From a virus: a DNA stretch of 64,000 nucleotides. This document shows, one piece after another, positions 26,101-35,477 of the stretch; position 1 is the first letter of the stretch, and each line of letters begins with the position of its first letter. The position numbers and the translations under genes are program-made. Below the pieces are notes generated by a model. It did no database searches. It was not told the DNA's origin and saw only the letters and a program-made list of their open reading frames with translations. The stretch covers positions 16,882 through 80,881 of the IMG/VR virus record IMGVR_UViG_3300005529_000001. One strand, given 5' to 3'.

Positions 26101-26391
26101 TCAGGGCGGGAAATTGTAATCGCTTTCTTTGAAGTTCCAAAGGACATAGCACTCAAAACGCATGTCACCGTGTGGCTTCTCAAGCGGGACCACCCCAACA
26201 ATGATGCCGATCCCGATGTGTTTTGTCTTATCGAGGTGTCTCTGTCCCTTGTATGATGTTACAAGCATCCCAGGATAGGGACGATCGTAGTGACCCTTGC
26301 CTGTCTCAAACGTGCCAGGAAACTCATCGGATTGGCCCAACAGCTCCCACGTCGTGCAGTTGTTCTGCTGGGTGAGAGCGACTTCGGTCAC
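26101..26391 (-). CDS. hypothetical protein
   Basis: 96 aa. Confidence 0.35.
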   Translation of the reverse strand: MTEVALTQQNNCTTWELLGQSDEFPGTFETGKGHYDRPYPGMLVTSYKGQRHLDKTKHIGIGIIVGVVPLEKPHGDMRFECYVLWNFKESDYNFPP

Positions 26392-26909
26392 GGGATCGCT
26401 TCGGGGTTCTTACGGAAGTCAGTGAACTCGCTTGTGTGCCTGTTGAGGAATCCCCATGACTTGGTACGCGTGCCAGCAAAGAAGAGGCTCCACGCGCCAT
26501 TCTTTTCGTCCTTCAGGTCAACGCGGTGGAAGTCCCTGGGACTGATGATGTTGACCTTCCCGGGCTTGATGTCGCGTTTTTCAATGTAGACGGGCGTACC
26601 CGGAAGCCCGATCTCCTTGATGTGACCTTCTCCCGTACCCGGGAGTGGGGTGTAAGGTTGCATCTCCCAGGTGACGGGATTGTGAGCACGTTCCTCGTAA
26701 TACCCACCCGCCAGGATGATGCTTAGCCCCCATGCCCACGGGTGATTGTGCAGCTCTTCACCTTGATCGCTGCTGTGAAAGTGATGCAGGTAGATGTTCC
26801 CCCACGCCCTGTCTTTGCCAAAGAGGTAACATCGTGTGAGGTACGGCTTGCCGTTGATCGTGATCGTTGTTTTCGGTAACTTTGACTCAAGCCAGCTGAG
26901 AAATCCCAT
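26388..26909 (-). CDS. cupin-like metal-binding protein
   Basis: start MGFLSWLES inside ORF 26388..27179 (upstream part Arg/Thr-rich, judged noncoding); YLHHFHSSD...ELHNHPW His-rich motifs. Confidence 0.4.
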   Translation of the reverse strand: MGFLSWLESKLPKTTITINGKPYLTRCYLFGKDRAWGNIYLHHFHSSDQGEELHNHPWAWGLSIILAGGYYEERAHNPVTWEMQPYTPLPGTGEGHIKEIGLPGTPVYIEKRDIKPGKVNIISPRDFHRVDLKDEKNGAWSLFFAGTRTKSWGFLNRHTSEFTDFRKNPEAIP

Positions 26910-26949
26910 AGAGAGACAGTAACCCAGCGCTCGCCCGTGTACTTGTTGC

Positions 26950-27231
26950 TCAGTCCAGGCCCGTATCCCAACCCTTGGCGGTCGGATCGGCGTGTTTCTC
27001 CCACCGCGGGTCAGCGTGGCGATGCGCACCCTTCGTGTCAACGTGGTCCTCTTCAGACTCATCCATGCCCACAACGGGAGCGCTGTCCTGGTCCATGCCC
27101 TGGTCCCAAGTCGCTCCAGTCGGATCGGGGTGCGTTTTCTTGTTCGCGTTATATGGGGTGTCGTTTGCCACGAACTCACGGACCAGCTTACGAACCAGCT
27201 GCCGGAACTCTCTCAAGGTCATCTTCATCAT
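26950..27231 (-). CDS. hypothetical protein
   Basis: start MMKMTLREF inside ORF 26950..27288. Confidence 0.35.
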   Translation of the reverse strand: MMKMTLREFRQLVRKLVREFVANDTPYNANKKTHPDPTGATWDQGMDQDSAPVVGMDESEEDHVDTKGAHRHADPRWEKHADPTAKGWDTGLD

Positions 27232-27491
27232 CGTCCCACCCTCACCCTGCCGTGATAGTGCCAGCCCCAACCTCCATGCCAACGCCAATAATGGCGATAC
27301 ACAACACCATCGACGACGGTCGTCGTGTAGTAGGTGTATGGGCTGACATAAACAGCATCGGAGGGTGGGTCCTGGACATACATCACGGGTGGTGAGTCAT
27401 ACACCACACACCCGGGAACGGTTGTAACCAACCCCAGAGCCATCATGAATGCCACGAGCAGGCGCTTCATGGAGCTAACTATCAACCTCAA
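27228..27491 (-). CDS. small secreted lipoprotein
   Basis: signal peptide with lipobox TVPGC. Confidence 0.4.
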   Translation of the reverse strand: MRLIVSSMKRLLVAFMMALGLVTTVPGCVVYDSPPVMYVQDPPSDAVYVSPYTYYTTTVVDGVVYRHYWRWHGGWGWHYHGRVRVGR

Positions 27492-27883
27492 CGGCCCTGG
27501 GGGAACCCTTCCGCCCAGTCATGAAGCCGGTCAGACAGGTCATCGACGACGTCCTTGGCTTCGTCCTCGTTTTCCCACGAGGGTTCAAAAACATCGAACT
27601 CGAAAACACCAGGATTGTTTGTCGGCTCCAGGATGTCAAACTGGTAGTTGACCTTGCAACCGTACTCATCTTGAAAGTCTTCGATGAGAGCGGCGATATC
27701 GTAGTCGGTCTTTCCGTGCCCGTTCGCCACGTCTATCACGATTTCATTGAGCGGGTCATTGACGACCTTATCACCAGTGATGGGTGTCTCAACGCTGAGA
27801 CCAGCACGGTGTGGGACGCCCGATCCGTTCAAAACGACTGGTTCACCATGGTAAGCACAGACTCGGAAAATGAAGCCGTTCAT
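27488..27883 (-). CDS. hypothetical acidic protein
   Basis: 131 aa. Confidence 0.4.
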   Translation of the reverse strand: MNGFIFRVCAYHGEPVVLNGSGVPHRAGLSVETPITGDKVVNDPLNEIVIDVANGHGKTDYDIAALIEDFQDEYGCKVNYQFDILEPTNNPGVFEFDVFEPSWENEDEAKDVVDDLSDRLHDWAEGFPQGR

Positions 27884-27902
27884 AGCCTTGACCGTAACAC
27901 TC

Positions 27903-28118
27903 TCAAGTGTCAGATTGCACTAACGTGAAAGCTGAGAGGGACGAGGTCCGGATGAGGCGATTGTTGATGATGACGTGCCACTCCCAAGGTGCGGTGTCAA
28001 CGCCATCTTCAGAAATTATTTTCAGCGAGGAAACGACAATCCCAAAACCACGTCCGTTTGCGTGCACCAAGTCACCCGGCACGAAACCTATGCCCTTCTT
28101 TACTCTGGGTCGCGCCAT
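27903..28118 (-). CDS. hypothetical protein
   Basis: 71 aa. Confidence 0.3.
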   Translation of the reverse strand: MARPRVKKGIGFVPGDLVHANGRGFGIVVSSLKIISEDGVDTAPWEWHVIINNRLIRTSSLSAFTLVQSDT

Positions 28119-28516
28119 CGTTCTCTCCGTTTGACCTGGAGCTGCGCGATGACTTCGTCGGCTCGCCCGCCCTTGCCCGCGTGCATGTCATGTCTAATGC
28201 CCTTCTCATTGTTGCAACGAGAACACGCTAACGCTAGGTTACTCGGGTCAGTCGCTTCGCCATCATCACACAAAGGCTTGATATGTTCAATTGTCGCCTT
28301 CGTTTCACCCGATGGGTGAACCAGTAGCTTGGTGCCGCAGTGGATACACTTGCCTACCCACGGCTGTGGATAACGTACAGGGTCAGGGTGGACAGCGATC
28401 GGACGAAACGTGTTATCCGTCGCTACGATCGAAAGGACTACGTCAGCCCTGCTCTTCGCTCTGGGCCTGGTCGGAGCCCTCTCCGTCCTGTCCTTCTTCG
28501 CCCTCTTCCGACTCAT
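28100..28516 (-). CDS. HNH endonuclease
   Basis: CIHCG...EHIKPLxxGG...LALACSRCNNEKG. Confidence 0.65.
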   Translation of the reverse strand: MSRKRAKKDRTERAPTRPRAKSRADVVLSIVATDNTFRPIAVHPDPVRYPQPWVGKCIHCGTKLLVHPSGETKATIEHIKPLCDDGEATDPSNLALACSRCNNEKGIRHDMHAGKGGRADEVIAQLQVKRRERWRDPE

Positions 28517-29324
28517 CGTCTTCGGAGTCTACATCACCACCGCCCGGTTTTGCATTCGCTCCCAACATCGTGCTGGTGTCACCACCACCGGAGAGCTCTG
28601 GGATTTCTGGTGCGCGGCGAGCCGCAACGCCATCCATTCCCATCACTGACGGGTGGATAGTCGTGGGATCGTTTTCAGGGCAGTGCATCTTCAACGTCGT
28701 TACCGGATCCTCGGGTCGTCTCGGATCGCCCTCCGTCCCAGCGGGACGCCCGGGCGTCGCGTACCACATTCCCTGGATCTGCTCTGGCGAACCGTGATCA
28801 CGTTCCGCATCATAGTCCGAGTAAAAACCCTTGGGAGGCTCAACTGGATCAACCATGCCGGCGCCAGCGGGATACTCAGCTAGCAACTGGCGTTGCTGCA
28901 TGTACTCATGCGCTTCGCTAACAAGCCAGGCCGTCTCTCCGAACAGGCTCGTTGGTTTTTCTTCGGGCGGGTCACCCAGTGACGTCTTTTCTTCGTCACC
29001 CTTGAGGTGAGGTGACATCTTCAGGTCATCGTCGCCAGTTTCAGGGTCAGGGATTCCGTTTCCCTTCCCATCACCGAGCATGCGATCGTCTGTCTCGTCA
29101 AGGTCGCCCTCTGCTCCAGAAGGCAAGCCCATCGGATCGCCCAAACGTTCGTGATCATAGGGTTCGGGTTCGTAACCATTGGGAGCCCAACGACCGGGGA
29201 CAACAGCCTGCTCGTCCATGTCACCCTCGAGGCTGGCACTCTTGGGCAGCTCGCTTTCCAAATGACCCGGGACAGCTGCGTCTGGGTCGCTGGGAGCCGA
29301 TGGGGTCGTCCCACGAGACATCAT
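28443..29324 (-). CDS. acidic low-complexity protein (Asp/Glu/Pro/Gly-rich)
   Basis: likely start at internal MMSRGTTP of ORF 28443..29450. Confidence 0.35.
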   Translation of the reverse strand: MMSRGTTPSAPSDPDAAVPGHLESELPKSASLEGDMDEQAVVPGRWAPNGYEPEPYDHERLGDPMGLPSGAEGDLDETDDRMLGDGKGNGIPDPETGDDDLKMSPHLKGDEEKTSLGDPPEEKPTSLFGETAWLVSEAHEYMQQRQLLAEYPAGAGMVDPVEPPKGFYSDYDAERDHGSPEQIQGMWYATPGRPAGTEGDPRRPEDPVTTLKMHCPENDPTTIHPSVMGMDGVAARRAPEIPELSGGGDTSTMLGANAKPGGGDVDSEDDESEEGEEGQDGEGSDQAQSEEQG

Positions 29325-29380
29325 GACCGCCTCGTGCAAGTACTCCCTGAGCAGACCTAACCTGATTCTCACGAGGGTAA

Positions 29381-29680
29381 CTATTCTAGAAACCGGATGA
29401 CTTCGGGATTGAGGGTGCTCACCGTGTACTCGAGGAAAGCATCCCTGCAATTAGCTCCCCAGATCACACGGATGCGATCGATCCCATCGTTAGCAACGAC
29501 CACCCCGAGACCCACGAACGCGGGTACTATGCCCTTATTGACTAACGTTGTCTTGCGACTATCATAGACGATAAACGCGCCAGGCGGCCACGACTCGATG
29601 TTGCGGATGCTCTTTTCTGCTTGTTGCCACACAGCCCGAGTCGACCTACCATCAGGTTTCTTGGGTGACTTTCTTATCAC
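29381..29680 (-). CDS. hypothetical protein
   Basis: 99 aa. Confidence 0.35.
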   Translation of the reverse strand: MIRKSPKKPDGRSTRAVWQQAEKSIRNIESWPPGAFIVYDSRKTTLVNKGIVPAFVGLGVVVANDGIDRIRVIWGANCRDAFLEYTVSTLNPEVIRFLE

Positions 29681-30072
29681 GTCCCGACCAGACGTAGCTG
29701 CGGCGGGGGGCTGACGGGGGTCGCCAACAGCTCAGCAGAGATGATCCGGTGAGGAACCCGCTTGTTGATCCACTGCCTGAACGCTTTCTGGCCCATCAGC
29801 GCTCGCTTCCGGGCCAGAACAAACGTTGCGTCCATCAGGCTCATGTCCTGGCGGAAGTTGTTGCAGTTGTAGTGAGAGGGCGCTTGGTTGTCCTGTATAC
29901 CACGAGCAACGGAGCGCGGGATCAGGTGTTCGATGGTGACACTGTGCAGCGACTCGAATGTCTCTCCGCACAGGACACAGTGCCAGTCCCACATCCTGAG
30001 CAATCGAAGCCGCTTCTCCACGTCCTTAGGTTTCATCACCATCGGAGCGCTGGCCTTCTTGCTTTTCGGCAT
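29677..30072 (-). CDS. HNH endonuclease
   Basis: HCVLCGE...TIEHLIPRS...HYNCNNFRQD. Confidence 0.65.
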   Translation of the reverse strand: MPKSKKASAPMVMKPKDVEKRLRLLRMWDWHCVLCGETFESLHSVTIEHLIPRSVARGIQDNQAPSHYNCNNFRQDMSLMDATFVLARKRALMGQKAFRQWINKRVPHRIISAELLATPVSPPPQLRLVGT

Positions 30073-30162
30073 GTCTAGACCTTACCCAGTTGCCCACAGA
30101 AAATGCATCACGGGAGCCATCCAGTGGACAGCCCCCGTGCAAGCAAAGCGTTCTTGGTGGGT

Positions 30163-30735
30163 TCAGTGCGACGAGCTGGGACCGATCTGGATGGGACCGG
30201 CGCGCTTCGTGTCGAAAGCCTGCTTGGTCTCGTCGTTGATGACGATGTCGTACTGACTCATGTCGACCTTGGGGAAGCCCATCATGTGAGCGATGCTGCC
30301 ATTCGGAACCGAGCCCAGGGAGATCTCGTAGACGCGCTTCTTATCGAGCAACGTTTTCTGGTCAGCTTCGAAGCTGTTGCGACCCGCTTCGATCGCCTGC
30401 TGCAGGCGGACGTACATCGAAACATCGAAGTTCGGGTTGTGCTCCTGGATGAACTGAAACACTGCCTTCGAGCCGTCCTTGCCGTAACGGCCCTGCATCG
30501 CGCCGTCATAGACCTTCTGGAGGTCAGCGGCGTACATGCTCGGGACCTGGGCCATCTCCTTCACCTTGTTGAAGTAGTTAGCGTAGTTGTTCTGGTCCTG
30601 GGAGTACTGCGCCTTGAGCCCAGCTTCCTGGGTGACACAGTCGTTGTTGATGCCGGCGACGCAAGCGAAACAGCCGACGCCGAAGACCACGAGGATTGCC
30701 ACGGTGGCGATGAGAGCCTTGATTGCGATTGACAT
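30163..30735 (-). CDS. N-terminally membrane-anchored protein (LemA-like architecture, unconfirmed)
   Basis: single N-terminal TM helix then ~160 aa soluble domain. Confidence 0.4.
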   Translation of the reverse strand: MSIAIKALIATVAILVVFGVGCFACVAGINNDCVTQEAGLKAQYSQDQNNYANYFNKVKEMAQVPSMYAADLQKVYDGAMQGRYGKDGSKAVFQFIQEHNPNFDVSMYVRLQQAIEAGRNSFEADQKTLLDKKRVYEISLGSVPNGSIAHMMGFPKVDMSQYDIVINDETKQAFDTKRAGPIQIGPSSSH

Positions 30736-30766
30736 GTGAGAGTTCTACCTTGTTTGGGTTGGTTGT

Positions 30767-31966
30767 TCAGTAGTAGCTGTAGGGGTAACGTCGGGAGCTG
30801 TTTTGATCGGGACCGAAGTCGTTCTGGTCGCCCTCTTCGAAAGGATCGTTGAGTTCGAAGAAGACCGTCAGCCCGATGCTGACAACGAGGGCGATGATGA
30901 GGGTTACCCACCACTCGGTGGGTGTTGGCGTCATCTCGGCCTCGAGGTATTGGAAGTCGTGCATCGGCTTGCGCTGGAAGTACTGGTCCACGTTGGTCCG
31001 CAGGTCTTGCATGACAGCGTCCTTGGTCAGGACGGCGTCGTTCATGACATCGTCACGGAGCTTGACCTTGAACAGCTCGTTGGTCGTCCAGCACATTACC
31101 GTCGCCCACTGTGGCTTCAGGTTGTCGTCAACGGAAACGACCAGGGTCACGTCGTTTTTCTTGCCACCCGTCCACGACTCTTCGAGGGCGTAGAAGTAAT
31201 CGTCGGGCATGTTCTTGACCAAGACAACGATGGTGTTGGCTTGCTTGGCTCGTCCGAGGTCACCGTTGAGTTCAGCTAGCGCGGCGTTCCAGTCAGACTG
31301 GTCGGGTAACGTGAAGCCCAGGGTGACGAGATGGTCGAGCCGGTAGTAGTCGTAGACGTGTTGTGGGTTGGCTGGCAGCTGGCCCTTGTACTTCTCCGTC
31401 AAGCCTTGGTGCCTGAACAGGGTCCCGGGCGACGCCTTGATGTAGTTCTCGAACGGGTGGGTCAGGCTGGTCGGGTCGCCGATCTTGACCGACGTCCAAC
31501 GCGGGGGCTCCTTGACGCCCTGGTCATCGATTCGGTCGATGTCAACGTGTTCGGCGTTCGTGGTGTCAACCACCCAGTCGTAATCGTTGCCTTGGACCTT
31601 GCGTGACCAACCGTGGTGACGGTAGCACGTGTCGCACTCCTCGTGACACGATCGTTTCTTGCCCGACCCACTGCACACGTTGTGACAATCACAATCGTAG
31701 GAGTGCTCGCATGGGACAGTCACCCGTTCCTTGCTTGCCACCCGCCCGTCCCACACCTCGGTGTCGCTCTTGTTTTGGCTCGAGACGATGCCAGCAGCTG
31801 CTCCAGCAACGACCAGGTTCGCCGCAAAAATGCAGGCGAATTCCTTCCAATTGACGCCCTTCAGGAAGACGAAAGCAATTGCTGGGATGACAACGGAGAC
31901 ACCCGCGACGATGAGGAAAAACGCCCACATGTTGGTGGGTCCAACCCTACCACGAGTGTCAACCAA
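30767..31966 (-). CDS. multi-TM membrane protein with Cys/His-rich extracytoplasmic segment
   Basis: two N-terminal and one C-terminal TM helices; CEHSYDCDCHNVCSGSGKKRSCHEECDTCYRHHG cluster. Confidence 0.5.
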   Translation of the reverse strand: MVDTRGRVGPTNMWAFFLIVAGVSVVIPAIAFVFLKGVNWKEFACIFAANLVVAGAAAGIVSSQNKSDTEVWDGRVASKERVTVPCEHSYDCDCHNVCSGSGKKRSCHEECDTCYRHHGWSRKVQGNDYDWVVDTTNAEHVDIDRIDDQGVKEPPRWTSVKIGDPTSLTHPFENYIKASPGTLFRHQGLTEKYKGQLPANPQHVYDYYRLDHLVTLGFTLPDQSDWNAALAELNGDLGRAKQANTIVVLVKNMPDDYFYALEESWTGGKKNDVTLVVSVDDNLKPQWATVMCWTTNELFKVKLRDDVMNDAVLTKDAVMQDLRTNVDQYFQRKPMHDFQYLEAEMTPTPTEWWVTLIIALVVSIGLTVFFELNDPFEEGDQNDFGPDQNSSRRYPYSYY

Positions 31967-31969
31967 GAT

Positions 31970-32968
31970 TCACACCAAGGCGTTCATGCGCTGGACAGCG
32001 AGCTGCAACAGGTTGTTTTCAACACCGAGGTTGATTCGTATCCGACTTGCATCGCCAAATGCTGACCCAGGCGGGATAGTGACCATCGCTTTATCGGGGT
32101 CGAATTTTGAGCCTGGCTTGAACCAGCCAAACATGCCGTGTTGGGCCATGTCGCTAGTATCCAGCACGTCGGGGTGCAGCGTTCGTATCAGCCTCTTGTT
32201 TTCATCAAGGAACCGTCTTGCCGTGTTGTGAAACGTATCAACATCGCTTGGGTGTTTCTTCTCGTGTTCAATGATGTTTGCCAACACGTCTTGCGATAGG
32301 AGCGACACACCCACTGTGGACGCTTCGACATACTCACCCGCAAATTTCGCGATACGCTCATCATCAGTGACGATCCACCCGCACCTGAGTCCGCTGAGCC
32401 CGTACATCTTGCTGGAGCTGTAGATCGTGGTGCCCGCCAACTCAGTAATAGCATCTAGATAAACGGGTGTGTGATACGCTGCGTCATGGACGAGGAATGT
32501 CCCAAGCTTGGAACACTTCTTTCTGAGTTCAAGCGCTTCGTCGATCGATGTCAGGCGGCCATCGGGATTGTTTGGCGAGACGATCAGGTATGATGTTCCC
32601 CATGTCGGCTCGTCTTTAAGGACCAAACCCAGTCCTCCGAGCCGGATCGCTTCGGGCATCTGCGACCAGTAGGGCGTTCGCATTGCGATGTGGGTCTGGC
32701 CCAGCTTCCGGAGCGCGTAAAAGACAGCTAGCAACCCCTGCTTTGCCCCAGAAGTGACGATCACGTGTTGGCCGTATCGCTCTTCCAACAACATCACGAG
32801 GCGCTGGCTACCCTCGGGTGCTTGGTAATCGCAATCGCAAATAATGTTATCCAGGTTGAACAGTTCAGGCGGGTACGCAACCTGGAGCGCGTGACGGATG
32901 ACATGGGCTTCGCCAACTGTCAGATCGATCCACCCGGGCGGGAGCTTTTTCCTGATGAGCGGGTCCAC
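31970..32968 (-). CDS. PLP-dependent aminotransferase, class I/II
   Basis: SSSKMYGLSGLRCGW PLP-lysine motif, NPDG-like NNPDG, fold-type I length 332 aa. Confidence 0.7.
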   Translation of the reverse strand: MDPLIRKKLPPGWIDLTVGEAHVIRHALQVAYPPELFNLDNIICDCDYQAPEGSQRLVMLLEERYGQHVIVTSGAKQGLLAVFYALRKLGQTHIAMRTPYWSQMPEAIRLGGLGLVLKDEPTWGTSYLIVSPNNPDGRLTSIDEALELRKKCSKLGTFLVHDAAYHTPVYLDAITELAGTTIYSSSKMYGLSGLRCGWIVTDDERIAKFAGEYVEASTVGVSLLSQDVLANIIEHEKKHPSDVDTFHNTARRFLDENKRLIRTLHPDVLDTSDMAQHGMFGWFKPGSKFDPDKAMVTIPPGSAFGDASRIRINLGVENNLLQLAVQRMNALV

Positions 32969-32987
32969 GATCCAAAACTACTCCGCT

Positions 32988-33383
32988 TCACCGGTTCAGG
33001 TTATTGACAATCTCGCCGACAAGCTCGGCGGGCTCAATTTCTACCGTCAAGTGCTGCACCTCGACATTGAACACATCTCGGCACATGCCCATCTCATAGC
33101 CGAGGTCATGGATTTTGCGTGCGTGGAGCATGTCGTTGATGTTGTCCTGCAATTCGCTGATCATGTCGGGCGGAAATCGCGACAAGTCTAAACGATCGAG
33201 CCGTTCGTCAATCTCCCGACGAGTCGCGTCGATCATACCATCAACAGAAGCAAACGCTCGAGCTGAGGTGCCCTCGATCAATTCGCCTTCGTATCCAGTC
33301 TCAATGCCCCGGATAACCAAGAGGTAGACGTACGCCATGGCACCATCATACTCCGTCCCAATTAGCGCGCGAGCTCTTTCCAC
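32988..33383 (-). CDS. hypothetical protein
   Basis: 131 aa. Confidence 0.4.
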   Translation of the reverse strand: MERARALIGTEYDGAMAYVYLLVIRGIETGYEGELIEGTSARAFASVDGMIDATRREIDERLDRLDLSRFPPDMISELQDNINDMLHARKIHDLGYEMGMCRDVFNVEVQHLTVEIEPAELVGEIVNNLNR

Positions 33384-34093
33384 CGGGTCTCAAGAAATCG
33401 AGCGTAAGGCAATCCCGCGAGACCGTAAGAGCCAACAGCGTACGCGTCTGTCGCCTCGACCAGCAACGTCTCACCCTGCGCGGTGACGCCCATGTCGAGG
33501 CAGAACGCAGCATTCATCTTGCCCTTGCAACACTTGAGTGCTTTGTTATAGGTGCTCTTGTTGAGCGAGGTGAACGCGTCACCGCGGTAGTGCCGGACGC
33601 CGACGGGCTGGTCGTGCTTGAAGAAGCAACGGTATTCGCTCACAAACTCGATCTCATCGCTGACAAAGCAGGGAGTCTCTTCCGGGTATGCAGCAACCGC
33701 AAGCCTCGATCGCGGGTCAAGCGGATCAAAGACGAAACCCCCGAACAGCTTCTGTTGGACGGGCTTGACGAACTTGCGAGCGACAAGGCTCCTGACTCCT
33801 GCCAACGTCATGCGCTCGATCTTCCGTCCCAACATCCAGTCGAGGTGTTCGGGATAATCAACGGGTGTTGGCACCGGTTTGCCTAGCAACTTCAATGCAT
33901 CCCAGACGTCACCCAGGTTGCCGCAGACGATGACACTCGGGCCGAGGTCAGGCATGTTCTCAAGGTTCAGGTCACCGAACCCGTAGAACGGGACCACAGG
34001 GATCCCCTGGATGTGGAAGCCCTCGGCCGCAGCATAGGTGTTGGCGTTGTCCGGGATGTTCTCACGGAAACGGATGTAAGCCTTGTCAAGCAT
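33362..34093 (-). CDS. ATP-grasp-like protein
   Basis: 243 aa; EIEFVSEYRCFF resembles ATP-grasp E-x-EYR segment; low confidence without search. Confidence 0.35.
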   Translation of the reverse strand: MLDKAYIRFRENIPDNANTYAAAEGFHIQGIPVVPFYGFGDLNLENMPDLGPSVIVCGNLGDVWDALKLLGKPVPTPVDYPEHLDWMLGRKIERMTLAGVRSLVARKFVKPVQQKLFGGFVFDPLDPRSRLAVAAYPEETPCFVSDEIEFVSEYRCFFKHDQPVGVRHYRGDAFTSLNKSTYNKALKCCKGKMNAAFCLDMGVTAQGETLLVEATDAYAVGSYGLAGLPYARFLETRWKELAR

Positions 34094-35006
34094 TTGCGTG
34101 CTGCTCCACGAGCTTCAAACCCTCAGCGACATAGTAATCAACAGGCTGGTCTTTCTGAAGGAGACCCGCCTTCATCATCTCTTCCAACTCGTCTCTGACC
34201 GCGTTGCACCACGACCCAGGTTTGGTCGCCACCTTCGACAAGATGATTCCCATCGTGCCCTTCGGCAGCTTGGGCGAGTTGTCATCAGCGTAGACCTGCT
34301 TGACCCTGACTTCTAGTTCAGCAGCACGAGCGAGTGCCCGAGCGCGCTTGTCAGGACGCTTGGTCGTCAGGTCAGCGCGGGACAGCGCCATCAGCCTCTC
34401 AAAGTTGCGGACGTCACCGATGTCGACGAGCAGTCTCCTGACCCCTGAGTCACCCCACGACTTCTTGTAAGCCGCGGGTCGGAGGTGGTTCAGCACCAGA
34501 GCCCTGACGGTCGTGAACAAGCTGTGGTCGTTTCTGAACAGGTCAAGCCGGTGATCGATGCGATCCAACATCCTTGCCCCGACAACGTCATGCTGGTGGA
34601 ACGTCACCCGACCATTGACGAATGCACGCGTCCGAGCCTTGCCGATGTCATGCATCAACGCGCCCCATCGCAGTTCAAGCTGAGGTGGCACCCCAGCGAC
34701 GACCTGCTTGGTGTGATCCCAAACGTCCTTGTGAAGTGCCGAACGCGGGTCTTCACCCAAACCCTTCATCTCCCCGATCTCGGGGAATAACGCTTCGAGA
34801 CAGCCCGTCTTCAGCAACAGCTCAAGCCCATCAGCTGGGCGTGAGCCGCAGAGGATCTGATCAAGGAGCTTGCGGACGGTCAGCGGGTTGCGACGCCACA
34901 GGTCTTCGAACTCACCGGGAGAAAAGACTCGTGGGACAAACAAATCATCAGGAGCGCCCGTGTTGGAGCCCCTAACACACAACTCTAGGAGTTCGATCGG
35001 ATCCAT
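34086..35006 (-). CDS. HD-domain phosphohydrolase (Cca C-terminal-like)
   Basis: LHKDVWDH...GALMHDIGKA HD motif arrangement as in CCA-enzyme HD domain; no nucleotidyltransferase head. Confidence 0.65.
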   Translation of the reverse strand: MDPIELLELCVRGSNTGAPDDLFVPRVFSPGEFEDLWRRNPLTVRKLLDQILCGSRPADGLELLLKTGCLEALFPEIGEMKGLGEDPRSALHKDVWDHTKQVVAGVPPQLELRWGALMHDIGKARTRAFVNGRVTFHQHDVVGARMLDRIDHRLDLFRNDHSLFTTVRALVLNHLRPAAYKKSWGDSGVRRLLVDIGDVRNFERLMALSRADLTTKRPDKRARALARAAELEVRVKQVYADDNSPKLPKGTMGIILSKVATKPGSWCNAVRDELEEMMKAGLLQKDQPVDYYVAEGLKLVEQHANA

Positions 35007-35041
35007 GACCTGCTTATCGTATCACAACCACGAATCTGTTT

Positions 35042-35233
35042 TCACGGGTTGAGGTGATGCACGTCACCCTTGACCGTGTTCGCTGGGCACTGCCGAGACA
35101 ACCCTTGGACGTGCCAGATGTTGTCTTGGCCCAAGTACCAGCAATATAGGTCATCACGGATGTAACGAGGCTCGGGAGCGTAGGGATTGTGAACGCAGCC
35201 CGCGAGCAGGAGAAGACAAATGACACGTTTCAT
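35042..35233 (-). CDS. small lipoprotein
   Basis: lipobox LLAGC. Confidence 0.35.
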   Translation of the reverse strand: MKRVICLLLLAGCVHNPYAPEPRYIRDDLYCWYLGQDNIWHVQGLSRQCPANTVKGDVHHLNP

Positions 35234-35243
35234 GTCATGAACT

Positions 35244-35477
35244 CTATCCTAGCTCAGAATGTCGTTCACCCTTCTTTTCGTGCTCAAACGGGCGCCATGG
35301 CATCCAGACGCGGATGACTGCCAGAGCAATGAGACAGACGAAAAACAGCTGCCAGACATCAAGGTTGTAAGAAACGCCCCAGACCTTGAAAGCGTGTTCG
35401 ATCGTAAAACATGCGGCGACGAGCACGCTTATCCGAGCGAGCCAGACGAATGCATGGTACAGAGCCCAAGCGATCAC
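35244..35477 (-). CDS. small 2-TM membrane protein
   Basis: 77 aa. Confidence 0.35.
   Translation of the reverse strand: MIAWALYHAFVWLARISVLVAACFTIEHAFKVWGVSYNLDVWQLFFVCLIALAVIRVWMPWRPFEHEKKGERHSELG

Noticed and set aside
30103-30732. Plus-strand 209-aa ORF
   Set aside because: Antisense to the membrane-anchored gene 30163..30735, with Val/Asp/Leu-rich shadow composition.
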